This document shows, piece by piece, positions 27,005 through 40,499 of a DNA stretch of 64,000 bases. The position numbers and the translations under genes are program-made. The notes below the pieces were generated by a model, which saw nothing but the letters and a program-made list of their open reading frames with translations, had not been told where the DNA came from and did not search any database. This DNA comes from Lama glama (taxonomy: Eukaryota): the NCBI GenBank assembly GCA_028534125.1, contig CM052816.1, forward strand, positions 71,550,001 to 71,614,000, read 5' to 3'. Numbering within the stretch: the first letter of the stretch is position 1; each line of letters starts with the position of its first letter.

Positions 27005-27190
27005 TAACATTTCTGGGGTCAGACAGAACTAGGTTCAGATCTTAACCTTTCCTCCTCAGGTGGGTGACCATGGTCAAAGTACTTTCCTCTGTCCCACTTT
27101 TCTTATCTTTAAAATGGGAATGTATCTATTTCCCAGGATCGCTGGGAAGATTACATAAGATAAAAGGGCTTGGTACAGTATAAGCACATA
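27005..27190 (+). mobile_element. MIR SINE
   Basis: 'ctggggtcagacagaactaggttcagatc...gtgaccatggtcaaagtactt...ttttcttatctttaaaatgggaat'. Confidence 0.8.
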
Positions 27191-27196
27191 ACACGC

Positions 27197-27380
27197 AGTT
27201 TAGAGCATGAACTTTGTGACAACACTGCTTCTGTCTGAAGCCTAGCTCTGTAAAACCAGACTGGTTTTACAACCTTAGGCAAATTAAGCTTTCTATGTTT
27301 CAGTTTTCTTGCATTAAATGCAAACAATAATAGTAACTAACTCATACGATTGTTGTGAGGATTAAGTGAACCATATGAAG
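27197..27380 (+). mobile_element. Second, tandem MIR SINE
   Basis: 'accttaggcaaattaagctttctatgtttcagttttcttgcattaaatg...ctcatacgattgttgtgaggattaagtga'. Confidence 0.8.
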
Positions 27381-27699
27381 CCACAGTGCTTCAATTTTTA
27401 CCTGTAAGTATGGCAATTTCATATGGATCCAAACGTAATTTACATATTGTAATACATGAAAACTAATTAAGATGTGTGTGATCAACAAAGTTATTATTAA
27501 ATAATAGCTACCAGTACCACTTTTACTGGTACAAGTAATAAAGTAAGAATTCTCAATGTGAGAGAGCCATGAAAGACTCAGGGTTAACATGAGAAATCAT
27601 AGCTCAATTAAGGAAGGGCAGCAGAGGGAACATTAAAAAAAAACAACAAAAAAACACATTAAGATCAAATTCATTGTCAATAGACTAGGGTTCTAAAAG

Positions 27700-28350
27700 T
27701 CATGCATTCTGCCATTTCCTCTAGTTCAAATCCACATCTCCTCCTGCCTGAGTAACCCCAATTTCCCCCTAATTTAATTCTCTGGCTTCAGTTTGTCTTC
27801 TCGAATTCCCTTAACATCATGCTCTGAAATTAATCTTCTTAAGAAGCTGATTTTCATCTTTCTTACCCTAAAAAGATGAATGAAATCCATGTGCCTCAAG
27901 TTCATCTTCAAGAACTGAGTTGATTTGGCCCAGAGTGATCCAGAAAGCCTTCATTCCACATATACCCTATTCAAGTCAACTACTTCAGTTAAACCACGCA
28001 GGCTACTTTTGGCTTTGCAAATACATTGTACACATTTCCACCTTGTTGCCATCTGGCTCCACACTTCAGGGCTCTTGATTAGGGCCTGCTCATACCTCAA
28101 GGTCTACGTCAAATCCACACTGATTACTAACACATCAACTTTCCCATTTCACTCATATGTCTCTTATATCTGCTCTCCTCGAGTGAAAAAGACCTGTAAC
28201 ATAACCTTTCACTTTTATTTGTGAGTGTACTCTATTTTCTCATTAGTCTGAAGGCACATTAAAGATAGGAATCATGTCTGAAATCTCTTTGTATTATCCA
28301 CTGAACCACCACAGTTGCCTTGCAAAAAATTATTTCAATGTTTATAGAAT
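27700..28350 (+). mobile_element. L2 3' portion
   Basis: 'ccacatctcctcctgcctgagtaac', 'tagtctgaaggcacattaaagataggaatcatgtctg...tttgtattatcc'. Confidence 0.65.
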
Positions 28351-29118
28351 TTTGTAATAATTTTGGAATGACAAATTTTGGGAGAATTAAAAAATGCAAA
28401 TATTTGATATAACCATAATAAATATCCTGAATTTAGATGTGAAAAATGTTTATATAGTAAAATTTAGAAGAGAACAATGGAGTTTAATTCCTGTCTTTCT
28501 GACATCTACACTAGTGTAAATTCTCTTGGATTGGTCTTACAGCTAGAGAGCTGGGAACCCAGAAGCAGGATCTCAAAGGAAAGAGACTTGTTATGAAAAC
28601 TACTGGGCATCTTGTTATTCATCCTTTTAAACAACTAAATATAAGGTTACATGTCCATGGTTGACTCTAGAAGGACTATTTAAGTGAGCATGCTGTTCTT
28701 TCTAATGAGCCCTGTGGTTAAATTTAGAAATACTTCAGCTATGTACAAGATCATTGGGAAGTTATCTCATTGGAATTCTTAAAAATTTATATTACTATAA
28801 TATTAAGAAGAATCTACAGAATTTTGAAGATACATAACATTTTACAGCTCAAAGTGCAAATTTTGAACATGAGGCTCAGAAAAATTGTCACAAGCTCAAA
28901 GTCAACAAATTGACTTTCAGCTCTTTATTGTGTATCAGTCTATTTTTGAGTCTTCAAAATGGCAAACTATTATGTATGTATTATATGTTCACATGTGAAG
29001 TAAATAATAGCAAAAGAGTTTTTTTTTAATGGGGTCATTTAGTTTTTTCCTCTCCCTTTTAACTCAATTCATAGGTATGTGATTGCATGTATATACCACA
29101 TAATCATAAAGAATATAT

Positions 29119-29604
29119 AGTAATTAGTGCACAAGTTAAGCTGCTATAACAAAGACTCCCCAGTAAAACAGTTTAAATGAAATAGATATTTACTTCTCTC
29201 TCTCCTTCCAGTATGAGTGGTCCAGGCTGAAAAATAATTGTGCTGCAAGTTGTCATTCAGAGGTCCAGAGTCCCTCCATCTTTATGTGCTGTCATCTCTT
29301 AGAATGTTATCCAACTCTGCATGTTTGGAACTGACTCATAATCAAGTTAGTGTTCCAGTTCATGAGAAAAGAAAAGAGTAGAAAGTCAAGTAGCTTGTCC
29401 TCAGCTGGAAATACGAAAATTTGGAGACAAATTTTCTGATAATATAGGAGTGGTTTGAACTTGGTCATATAGTCAAAACTAGCTGAAAGAAAAATTTAAA
29501 AATGGAAACTATCTAAGAAGTCATGTGCTCAGCTTAAAATTGGAGGATTCTAGTAATAAGAGGAAAAAAGATAAAATGGGAAACAGTTTATGTGTTTAAC
29601 CACA
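29119..29604 (-). mobile_element. Old MaLR solo LTR (MLT1J/K-like)
   Basis: 'aagctgctataacaaag...aaatagatatttacttctctct...tccaggctg', 'aacttggtcatatagtcaaaactagctgaaag', ending 'accaca'. Confidence 0.65.
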
Positions 29605-29632
29605 GTAAGCGTTTGTGCACATGTATGCATGT

Positions 29633-29800
29633 ATTTATTCATTTATTCAATTAATCACTGCAAAAAATATTCAACGAGCATCATAGTATGCAGGAGACAC
29701 TGCAAAGGGTACAGAGAGAACTAAACTTGCCCCAGCCATGAAGCAGCTTATAGTGTAATGGAGAAAATTGTGAAATGAAAAGAGTCTATGAAGAGAGTCA
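29633..29800 (-). mobile_element. L2 3' end
   Basis: (ATTC)-type tail and 'cttgccccagccatgaagcagcttatagtgtaatgg'. Confidence 0.65.
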
Positions 29801-31036
29801 ACATCATTAGTAAGAGAGAACAGTAGGTCCGAACTTTAAGCCACAGAGAGTTCGTGAAGATCGCAGTGATTAATCTGTGATCATTTATCTCCTTTCTGTC
29901 TACATGTCTTTCACACAGAGATTAAGTAAAGTGATTTTATGTACTCAAATAAGACTTTGTTGTAGGAAAACAAGGTAAATATAATTAAAACTAACATCCT
30001 GTTGGAAACATTCTAGGAAAAAGTCTTAATTTATAAATATTTCAAGAAACTCTTTCAGTTAATTATTTTAAATATTTAGTATTGTTGATGCAGTGTTTTA
30101 AATATACCAGTTCAAAATGATGGCTGTGGTGCCTTCTCCTATACTGTGTTTACCAGACAGCCAAACACAGTGCAGAAAGCAAAAGGCACTTCTTCTGCCA
30201 TTCCTATATTCTCCAAGCCTGTGTTCTGAATTGTCAGGTACTCAACTGAGTGCCAGTCTTGACTATTGCTTTGGACCGCCAAGTAAGCAGAAGAGCCTCC
30301 AGCCATACACCTGCCCCTAAATATTTTATTTTCTCCAAATATGTGATCATCATCCATCATCTTCCCTCAACCAAAGAGAAGATTCACCTATTCCATTTCA
30401 CTATCTTGTTTGGGTGTCTTTAGATTCCATAATTTCAATCACTTAAAATAAATTGCTTTGTGAAAGCAACCAAATCGGCAAAGGCCTATTCATAAATCAA
30501 GGCAGAATCCTTCCTTTGGTACGCTTTCCCAGATCATTCAAAATATCTATGACTAATGCAACACAGAGCATCATTTCTATGTATAAGGGAGAAAACCCTC
30601 ACTCTCACCCCACTCCCCCTCGCCTGGATAAACAGAGACTGAGGATTTCAAATCTTGTTATTTTTCCCATCTATCCCCTGCAAAAGCATGGGGTTTTATA
30701 CCAGGTTGTGGAAAGCATGATATATTCAAAATCAAACAGACAGGAAAACCCTTGGCTCTGCCAAGAGGACGAATCAGAATCCAGCACATTGTAATGAGCT
30801 TGGATTCCCACTTCTAATGTTGACCATCAAGCATCTGATATGGCCAAATAGCAAAAAGAGTATGATGGCGCTAAAGGATATTTAACAAAGCAATTCAAGA
30901 ATATCTTTTCAGCTGTAGGCTGATTAAATTAATATTTCTATCACACTTTCCCTTTGCCTTATACATTTAAAAAAAGATTTTAAGACAGTGATGCATAGTG
31001 TCATTTTATACGATAATGATTCTAGTATCAGACATC

Positions 31037-31135
31037 TATTATTCCGCAAACATTTATTGAGCACCTACTACGTGCTGTGCACCAGGCAAACCCATGGGAA
31101 TACAATGGTGAGAAGGGAGACGTGCTCTTTCACAT
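31037..31135 (-). mobile_element. L2 3' end
   Basis: 'caaacatttattgagcacctactacgtgctgtgcaccagg'. Confidence 0.8.
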
Positions 31136-31304
31136 AATCAGTGTGATCAGCTGTAATCAATGCATTGGGCTACTTTTCCTATTTACTATAAATGGTTAAC
31201 TCTACTCAGAAAAGTTTATTTCTGTAACAAGAGCAGAAATTAGCATGCCCTTGATGACAGCAGTTTTCTTATATTACGTTCTCCACACTTTGAGATGCCT
31301 AAAC

Positions 31305-31420
31305 TTTTTTTTAAATCAACTTTATTGCAGTATAGCTTACTTATAATAAAATTCCCCTATGTCAAGTGTGAGATGAGTTTTGACAAATGTACATACCCAT
31401 GTAACCACCACCGCAATCAC
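31305..31420 (-). mobile_element. L1M 3' terminal fragment
   Basis: 'tttttaaatcaactttattgcagtatag...gatgagttttgacaaatgtacatacccatgtaaccaccacc'. Confidence 0.85.
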
Positions 31421-31797
31421 TCTCAGTTTATCTTAAAAGAACTCATATCTGGACTGCTTAATTGAAGGGTACACGGTAATGACTGTGGAGCAGATCGGCA
31501 CTTAGACATCAGCACCCCCTCCTAACGTGCTAAGTAGAGTCATTATGCAAAGTGAATAACTCTAAGGGTGAGGATATCCTCAACAACCTCACTCCTACTT
31601 GTGGGTTGAAAATTAGGCATAAGAAGGCCAATTGCCAGATAAATGCTGTTGCGCTGACGCTTGTGTACAAACTGAAAGGTTGAAGTGCACCCTTTCAGCA
31701 CCAGAATCCGTTCCCGGGGGCTCCGCGCTCCCTTCCGGGGCTTACCCCAGCCGAAGCAACGCTGCTGCAACCCCTGGGCCCTCATCCTCACGCTCAC

Positions 31798-31921
31798 CCT
31801 GCAGACAGGCATATTGTCCCGTCTGGAGTGTCCTCTTCACCAACACATTCCAAGCTGCTTTGGCTCGGGAGAATCTAAACTTGGGCCTGATGACAGATAA
31901 CTCAAATCTTTTAAGAGAACT
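31798..31921 (-). other. Candidate spliced exon (124 nt) of an unidentified minus-strand transcript; 5'UTR, lncRNA or coding
   Basis: Very strong acceptor (about 30-nt pyrimidine tract ...ccttttcttttcag|AGTTC); donor AGG|GTGAGC at 31798; second donor GGG|GTAAGC at 31746; only one frame is open throughout (SSLKRFELSVIRPKFRFSRAKAAWNVLVKRTLQTGQYACLQ), and I do not recognise the peptide. Confidence 0.6.
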
Positions 31922-34900
31922 CTGAAAAGAAAAGGAAAAAAAAAAAAAAAGGAAGAACCTAGGGCTGCATGTCAACTCACACTGTGTTGTCAGCTACTTT
32001 AGGGGACTGAGAAATACAAGTCTTTCGAAGGGAAGAAGTTTCAATGATAACCTTGTTGGGAAATGGTATCAAAGGACAAAGGTGTCACTCTGAAATGTAT
32101 AACTTGGTCCTATCAGCACTGTTCATTTCTCGGGCCATTTTAACTCTTAAAACGGCTGCAGTGTGGGTATCATTGATGCGGGAGACTAGTTTATACATAG
32201 TGTCCAAGATCACGTGCATGCGTAATCAGCATATTGCCTAGGTGGAAAATGTGCAGTATACTGATAAGGCTTCAGCACTCGTTAAACTAAAGTCTGCACC
32301 AGCTTAGTTGCTTGAAGTGAGATATTAATCTTTGCTCCTCTTGGTTCTTCCATTTTCATTTGAGGACCGCAGTTTGTACTTCGAGGTCATTATCACTTAC
32401 AAGATATTTAGCAGCAGTACTAAAAATAACAGGTGGTTTCAGTTTAGTAACTGTTTGTGTCACAACTAGCAGCCTTAGTAGAAGGCTGAAACAGTCCCTA
32501 GAAGCTAATGATTACGGTCAGGTAAAAAACAAGCTATTTATTGCCTTAGGTCTGTAGATCAGTAGTCAAAGGCATGGATGCGTACATAGATTTTTACCCA
32601 TCCAGTTGTTAGCTTGTTTTTTTCTATTTTTTATTTGTATACTCAAAATGCTTTTACTCTTTGGTGTTACTCCTTTAATTTCTGAAAATTGAAGTGACAC
32701 AAATGAACCAGGTCATAATACCAAAGTATTTTTAATGCCTGATTTAGATTAAAAGGTTTGTAGCCTCAAATCTTTTATCACGAATAATAGACCTTTTACC
32801 CGACCTAGTCACCTCTTATAATTTTGAAACATCAACGTCTTGAATTTTTATTTTAAAAAACCCTGAGTTTCAACTTTAATATATGAGGACTCAGATTATT
32901 TTATAATAATATTTTTTAAAAAACTAAAGTTTGCTCTAATAATTTTATTGAAAAATTGCTATGTTAATAACTAGAGAGATAAAACATATCAGTATTTCAT
33001 CTTGTCTTCTTTCATTAGTGAATTAAAATTTTTAAACCTCAATTAAAATTATTAGGAAAGCACATATGCATCATTCACTTTTTCTGCATTAACTACATTT
33101 TTCTAAAATAGGCATATTCAGTAAAACAATGTTCTTTCTACAAAAAAGGTTATTTGATTCTGTTCTTAATGGTTCTCAATTTGAACTTAGATACCTCTAA
33201 GTTTAACATAGATACCTCTTTGTTTTCTGACATTAACTTTAACAGCAAGTGTCAGAAATCTATGGCCAAATTTATGACTGCATCAGCAACTCACCCTAGA
33301 AGGATGGGTGGAGATTTTTTAAATTAACCCTTTAACAGAGCAAAAATAACCCAGAGTCCTGATTGTTCTTCCAAATTATCTACTCTCATTCAACATTCAC
33401 TCAAGAGATATTTTAAGTGTCTACTCCATGAAAAGATTGCTGTTTTCCCGAGACTCCATCCCAAATATTAAGATTGACCAAGAAAAACATGGAGAAATAG
33501 AATCAGGCAAGGAATCTAATTCTCTTTTAGATCCCCAGGCACTTTTACGTCTCTTTTCGCAGTGTTATGTCCTCCTGAGTCGGAGTTGGAAGTAAGCCCT
33601 CTTTCTGCTTGCCCAAGAGCAAGGAGAACAATCCAGCAGTGCCAGCCTTCACAAACACACTTGCTTTAACTCACATAGTGTTTCCCCGTGACTTTTTGAA
33701 AGCTGCATCTCTATCTGGAATCTAACCGGCAAGATGATGAGTCCTTTTTCATAAAAATATGGAACACAGTCTGTTCACAGAATTCTTCTTTTAGGTCAGA
33801 AGACTCTTCTTTCTTCTTGGGCTGCTTATCTCTAGTGACAAAGAATTACTCCCTGCAAGAAGCATCTCTGTGGAATGAGATCACGTCACAGGAGAGCATC
33901 AGCGAGATAGTATCTTACTGCATTTTCTCAGAAAGAGTTATGTCCCCCAAAATGCAGTTTCTCCACTGTTCACTTGAATCATCGACTCCGCAACACCACC
34001 CCTAAACCACTGGGAGAGTCGATCTGGCATCATATTCTTGATTACCAACTCAAGGGAAGTCTTTTCATTTTTAAGTCTAACTCTGGTTTTATCATAATTC
34101 TTAAATAAATGCTACAATTTTTCTCTGTTTCCAATGAATACCTTAACCAGCCTCCATTTGACATTTCTGTTACCTCTTAAATCATTTTATTATCTAATAT
34201 GGAAATACTGAACAAATGTATAAGATAATTTCTCAAAGGATTGGTTTTCCATGCTCTTTTTTTTGAATTTCACCCACAATAACCAAAATTACTGGGGGAC
34301 CACTATAATGCATTAAAACTAGCTCTCATAGTCGAATTATTTTTTTCTAAAAAACAATTTTTAAAATTGCATTGAATTATTGTTTTAGATCTCATAATAC
34401 TTAGCATAGAGCTTCCTCAAAAATAAATAAATTCCAAATAGAATCAGCTATGATCCCACAAGTGCCTTATTCTAACATCCATGAAGATGCATAAATTTTG
34501 CTCTGTTTCTAAAAATGTAAGTACAGTCATTTTTTTTGACTCTTAGATACAGATAGAGAGTATAAAAATAGAATTTTTTAAAAAAATTCCAAAACATTAA
34601 AAAATAATGAAAATATTTAAGAATTCTAGCACTATTATGACAATGGTACATACATATCATACCAAATATACCAAAGGCAGCTTATTAAAAATAAATACAT
34701 GAAACCCTTATTTCTAAAAATCTTGGAGACTAAAAATGTATTCTGTGTAGAAATTAGTATGAAATGGAAGGAATTATTTAGTTCCTCTACAGGGAAATAT
34801 TGCATTTATTCCATATATTCTTTGTCTAGCCAAATACCTGATTTTTTAAAACTTTGCAATATAGTCAACACCTGGATCCATCAACCCTAAAACTCATTCT

Positions 34901-35149
34901 TTCCTAAGGAATTAAAACCTAAATCCTGCTGTTATTTTGTAACTTCAGGCATTCGGAGGAGAATGAATTCATTCAGACCCCCATAATGATCACATAGTTT
35001 TTGAAAAAAGAAACATTACCAACCATCAGTTAAATAACTGCTCTGCTCATATATTAACTTCTTAAAGTACCTCGCCTGTAAGTCATCAATACTAATTATG
35101 GCCAACGCTGAACCTCCTGTAATCTGTGTAAAATCCCAATTACATAAAC

Positions 35150-35255
35150 ATAGCTATTCCCATTTTACAGACAGGGAAACTGGGGTTTGGAGAAGATAAA
35201 GAGCTTGTCCAAGATCATTGCCCTATTAAGTAGCAGAGCCAGGATCCCAGCTATA
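35150..35255 (-). mobile_element. MIR SINE
   Basis: 'attcccattttacagacagggaaactggggtttggagaagataaagagcttgtccaagatca'. Confidence 0.85.
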
Positions 35256-36789
35256 TTCTCCCTGGTATCAGGATTTTTAATGACGAAATAGTAGCTGTAA
35301 GTAATGTTATGTGTCATAAGATCTTAAGATTAATCTCAAAAGCCATATTCATTAAAAACATCAAATTTCAAAAACTTAAAAAATACTGACCCAGGGACAT
35401 CCTCTGGAAATATTTTATTTCTGTGGCTATACTATAATTCAGGATACCAGTAAGATTCAAGCAAATATTGTTCTAAATGTTGGCTTAGAGAAATTTCTAT
35501 TTCGCTTGTCCAAATTTTTACTCTGGGGCTTATCAGCTTGGATCTAGACAAATTAACTGCAGAATGAATCAATTAGTAGACACCTTAGGCAGTATCATTC
35601 TATACAGCTGTTGTCTACAAAAATAAATGAAAGAAGAAAAGTCACACATCAACTGTCTAAATTTAAACGTTTCCTTGTTTAAACCTTCGTAAGAATTTCC
35701 TTCAACTGAAGCTAAAAGAACATCTGAATTTAAAAAAAATTATTTTAGCAAAACTTGCTTTCGTTATTTCTCCAAGAACAGCACCTCAGCCTGCATAACT
35801 CATCACTGTCCATGGAAAAGGTAGCTCTCCGGGGGGCTTGAAAGAGGTAGGCAATTTTTTTTTTCTTTTAAAATCTTTTTCTCTTCAAAAACTTTAGTAC
35901 CTAATTAGTAGATCTCTCAGAACCTTTTGGTGTAGGTCAGGGTTAAACCTGTGGGAATATATGCTGTAGGCCTGTTGTAAAATAAAACCTCTACTTTAAA
36001 AAGTATCCCCTCATGTTACATGGGAGTGAGGTATTGCGTTCTCTCTCTCTTCAAGGTTTTCCTCGATGGGAACGTGCACTCCTCTACAGTTTATTCCAAG
36101 GACCCCCTGAGAGAAGACAGAAAGGGTGGGGAAGGGAGTCCGTTTTTCTACTCCGGTTTGAAAACTTCAGACTGAGAAAGGTTCTGTCTCGATAGCTGAT
36201 GTGTTTTTAAAGAGTTTCATACTTATTTTTAAATATTTACTTGGACTTTTCATATGGAAAATATTGATGTGGATTTTTCATTAGTAAAAATTTTGATGGT
36301 GCTTTCTTCCCTGTCTTTTTCATTTCATTAATGATACAATTAGAAATTATGAAGGAAATTGCTTCTCCATGAAACCCTCCCACTGCTCAGGGATACCGGT
36401 TTTTCTTTTCCTGGTTTCTGTGCTAGTATTTTATGAAAAACTTCTAGTGATTCACAGGTAGTCACCCAACCCCTCTCCTGCACACTGAGAAAGCAATGTC
36501 CCTAGTATTAATAGCATTAATATCACTGAGCATTGGCATTAGTCCCTAGGACCTCAGAATTTATGCCTGTCACTTGCACTTTATTATTTTGCACTTTTAA
36601 TATAATGATCTATATCTTTTTCAGAAACGGTTTATTTTTCTCCATTCAAATATAGGGTCTTTGTGGACAGGGGTCAGGCCACCCATCTCACAAGCATCTC
36701 CCCTAAACATCTAAAAATATCATGTTTTGCCCAAAAAGGGAAAAATTTTTCTTTTCACTTATACAAGTGTTTTTTTATGTTTTCTGATT

Positions 36790-36920
36790 ACTGACCAATT
36801 TCTTGTCATTTCTTAGTCAAACTGGACAAATTATCTAATATCTTCAGCCCAGTTTTGTTACTTATAAAATGAAGATGATTCTACTGAGCTCATAGGTTGA
36901 TGTAAAAATTAAATTTGTGA
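36790..36920 (+). mobile_element. MIR SINE
   Basis: 'ctggacaaattatctaatatcttcagcccagttttgttacttataaaatgaagatg...ctcataggttgatgtaaaaattaaat'. Confidence 0.7.
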
Positions 36921-37999
36921 CTCTTCCTTGAAAAACCTGAAATGCCATACACTGTAGGTAGGTACCTCTGTGAAAAAACTCTCTTCAGGAGGGAATAAGT
37001 CTTTTGAAAAGAGGTGGCTTTTGTTCATTTTTAAACTATTGTCCATTTTCTAATTACTACTATAGAAAATTCATCTATTTGAGAATTTTTCAAAATAACA
37101 GGACTCAAGTGAGAAATGGATAAAAACACTTTGGATATGCTTATCACACACAAGGGGTGTCTGGAAGCACCGAATCTATTTCATGCTATTTGGACACTCC
37201 CGTTTCCTGCCTGTGTTCAGCACACAGCACATGTGCACTGCTCCCCTCCAGGCTGAACGCTGTGGATTAAGATTCTGATCTGTCAACAGTAGGGGGAAAG
37301 TAGCACTTGGCAACTCATTCATTTCAAAAGTCTACATCTTTGGCCAAATTTTCTAGGCTTTATACTATATCGACAGTGGAAATGATCTTGTATCTTTTTT
37401 TTTTTCTTTCCCAAGACTAAGCAGAGCATCTTGAACATGAAGGAATTAATAATAATTATGTAAGAATCTGGTTCAAAATAATTACCAATCTTCATTTTAT
37501 GCTTCACTGTCAGGTCAGTATAGACTTAGGATTATAGTTCCAAATCAGTTGCACTGCATATATACACAAAATGTGCATTTCCTCCACATGCTAATGAACA
37601 ATTTAGGGTCCCAAAGCAAGTCACCTGGCTTAGAGACTTGGAAAAATTACTGTACGTTCCAAAGTATCAATTTACATATCAATGCCTATTAAGGATCATT
37701 TATAACCTGTTAGGTTATTTATGTCCTAGAACAACTTGTTCCTCCATATTTTAACAGCATATTATGAAAATAAAGAAACGAGTATATTTCCAAACAGACT
37801 GCGTGAAGAGGCAGGAGAGTAAGGAAATGTGAATCTATTTGCTTGAATTCTGGTTTAAGGGACATTTAGCTCCATGAGGGCAAAACTGGTTTTGCCAACC
37901 TTTTTCGCCCCAGTACCTGGAATAATGCCAGGTATAAATTAGGCCTCAGCAACGCCTGTAAGCTTAATAAATAAGTGGCTCTCTTTGGGGCCTGTAAGA

Positions 38000-38330
38000 T
38001 GCCACGCCAAGAGCGAGGACACAGGGTAGAAGCACGCAGTTCCCACGTGTATCCGTGTCTCACCCCAGAGCCGTGCGCTCAACCCTCCCGCGCCGGCTGG
38101 AGCAGGGGCATCCACGGGCCGTCCCTCCAGGAGTCAGCCGGCCCGGCGGGAGTGGGTGTGCGTGGCTGGAGGCTTCTCGCGACGGCGCTCTCCGTTCAGC
38201 TTTGCCGGCGCCCCGTCCTTCTGCTCCGTGGACCTCGGCATTCCGCTCCCAGCCTGTCCCCCGCTCCTGCTGGCCAGACCCGACTGCACGGGGCCCTTAA
38301 CACGGAACAGGCTGCATCAGGGCTGTGCGC
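38000..38330. promoter_or_regulatory. Small orphan CpG island
   Basis: About 30 CpGs by hand count in ~330 bp of GC-rich sequence, against a CpG-depleted AT-rich background; CACGTG E-box at 38044-38049. Confidence 0.65.
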
Positions 38331-39254
38331 TTCTGTCTTTGAGTCTGACTCATTTTTTTCAGGGTGGTTTCTACAGCAGAGCCTTTAGGTCCCTAGTGGT
38401 ACAAGGCATTCTATTCACACAGCAGCCTCCTTCCCAGGGCAGAGCAGGGACAGCCAGGCGTGGCCGGTCAGGCACAGTCTCATGGTGCCCAGCAGCCACT
38501 GCTGCCTCCAACAGTTCCACCCTGCTCTGCAGGCAGGCTCTCTCAGCTAACCGGTGGTTTTCTCTTGGGGAGCTGCCCTCTCTTTCTCCTACTGAGTCTC
38601 TCTGCAGAAACCCACAATCCTTCAATCAGATTTGCCTGCACCCCAATTATGATCTGGGTTCATGTCCTCTAATACGTGACTCACAGGGCCCAAGCAGATT
38701 ACAGAACTTAGCCAGGCAGCTGTTTCACGATCCTGTGCTTTCCATGACAAGTAAGGAGTTCCCAAAACAGTCTATGCCATCTAGAGGCTGCTCTGCCCAG
38801 AGCATTTCAATACAGACCAGCAGGAGGATGCATCAAGAATGCTACTTGCCGGGCTAGCGGAGTGTGATCTGTGATCTGTGACCTGGGCCGATACCATTCC
38901 GGACAGAGTGTGATCGATTTCATAATGCAAGTATACCACAGGCCTGACTGGAATGCAGAGGATGAGGCTGGATTTGAGACTTGGAGAAACGGGCCTATCA
39001 GCTGAGTCTTGGAGGGTGAACACCATTTCCCGACAAGCAGATAAAGGAGGAAAGAGTTTCCATTTGGAGGTGGCAGAACAGGGAGAAAAAAAAAGCTTAG
39101 AGGCTGGAGGTTAAAGAGCCAAAACAGAATGCACTAATATAGCAGAAGGAAAAAGAGGACAAGATTAAAAAGGGAGTTTTTGCATAAATTGCACATCCAC
39201 ACAATCCACACAATGCAAATAAAACATAGGAACATATTGATAAACATGAAGCAT

Positions 39255-39490
39255 AATCCTTCTGGGGAATTTTAAACATTTGTGATATACTGTTAAGTGA
39301 AAATGGTTTAAAACTGCTGTGTGCACTATGATCTCCCTTGTGGAAAAATTGGGAAATATTTGGATAGAAAAAAGTTGAATGCAGATGTTAAATAAGAATC
39401 ACTATCTCTAAGTACTAGAAATATAATACAATTTGATTCTGTTTTTTTCTTATCTTTTCTTCTTTTTGTTTATGGGGATCTTGTGATATT
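39255..39490 (+). mobile_element. L1ME-like 3' UTR fragment
   Basis: 'gatatactgttaagtgaaaatgg...tgtgtgcactatgatctccctt...ctatctctaagtactagaaatata'. Confidence 0.6.
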
Positions 39491-40119
39491 ACCACAACAA
39501 ATTTGTTAATTATGGATTTAAAATAAGACTAGCAGGAATACATAGAAAGAGGTAGAGAGTTCCCAAGTATAGATGTGCTGAACCTGGGGCTCATCTCTAA
39601 TCTTTACAAGGATATATTGGTAACACATAAAACAATATTGCAACATATGTAAATTTTACTACTTTATGATGAATATTTATTGGTATGTAAATAATTTGGC
39701 TTATTTTTCTTTTATAAAGTACACACTCAAGGTGAAAAATCTGGGGAAGAAAAGTAAATTTATACAGTTGTAACGAATTTCTTTGAGTATCAATCTTAAT
39801 GGATCAAGAAGATGAGTCCAACCTTGGTAACATTACAGCTGGATCATAATGAGAGATTCTGAAGAAGGATTTCTAATGTAAAAGATCTCTCCCCTTCATC
39901 TGTGCTCTTTGTTGGCAAAAATTCTTACTATTTTCCCCATTTTTGAAGCCAAGAAGTAAACTTCCAATGCTGTCTGAGATGAGCAACACATTTAAAGATG
40001 ATCAGTTACCTTCACTTGCTTTCATTTCCAGATTCCTGGAGGGTAGAAGAACCTGGAAAAGGGGTAGCTTCAGTCCTGATCAGGACTGGTGAGGGGGGAA
40101 GGTCGGGAGCAAACACTCC

Positions 40120-40250
40120 TGCTTTTCTTGAGTGTCTGGTCACCAGGCTCTGAGCTCCTTGAGAGCAGGAACTATGTCCTACACGTGTCTTTAATCCCCA
40201 GCGCCTAAGACAGTGTCCGGTACATGGTTGGAAGTAAGAAATGGAAGGAA
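40120..40250 (+). mobile_element. L2 3' end
   Basis: 'ctgagctccttgagagcaggaactatgtc...tctttaatccccagcgcctaagacagtgtccggtacat'. Confidence 0.75.
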
Positions 40251-40499
40251 GAGGGTGGGGGAGAACAACAGAGGAACTGCTCCAGAAAATGGCTGAGGAG
40301 CTGGACATAGAGAGGCTGCTGAGCACCTGGGAAGAGGCTGTCAGAAGGAAATCATCTTTCCCATTTCCCCCAGTCCCAGCATAGCGTGCTGCCCCATCCA
40401 CGTCTTTCCAAGTTAAGACAGAGGAGGCTGCAAAAGGGACAGAAGAGCACTGAAGATATTTGATTACGTTATTGGCAGACTGAAAAACACACACATACA

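Noticed and set aside
38156..38857. Longest ORF (233 aa) and overlapping ORFs
   Set aside because: GTG start, low-information Ser/Pro/Arg/Leu composition, no recognisable domain; several frames are open simply because the region is GC-rich
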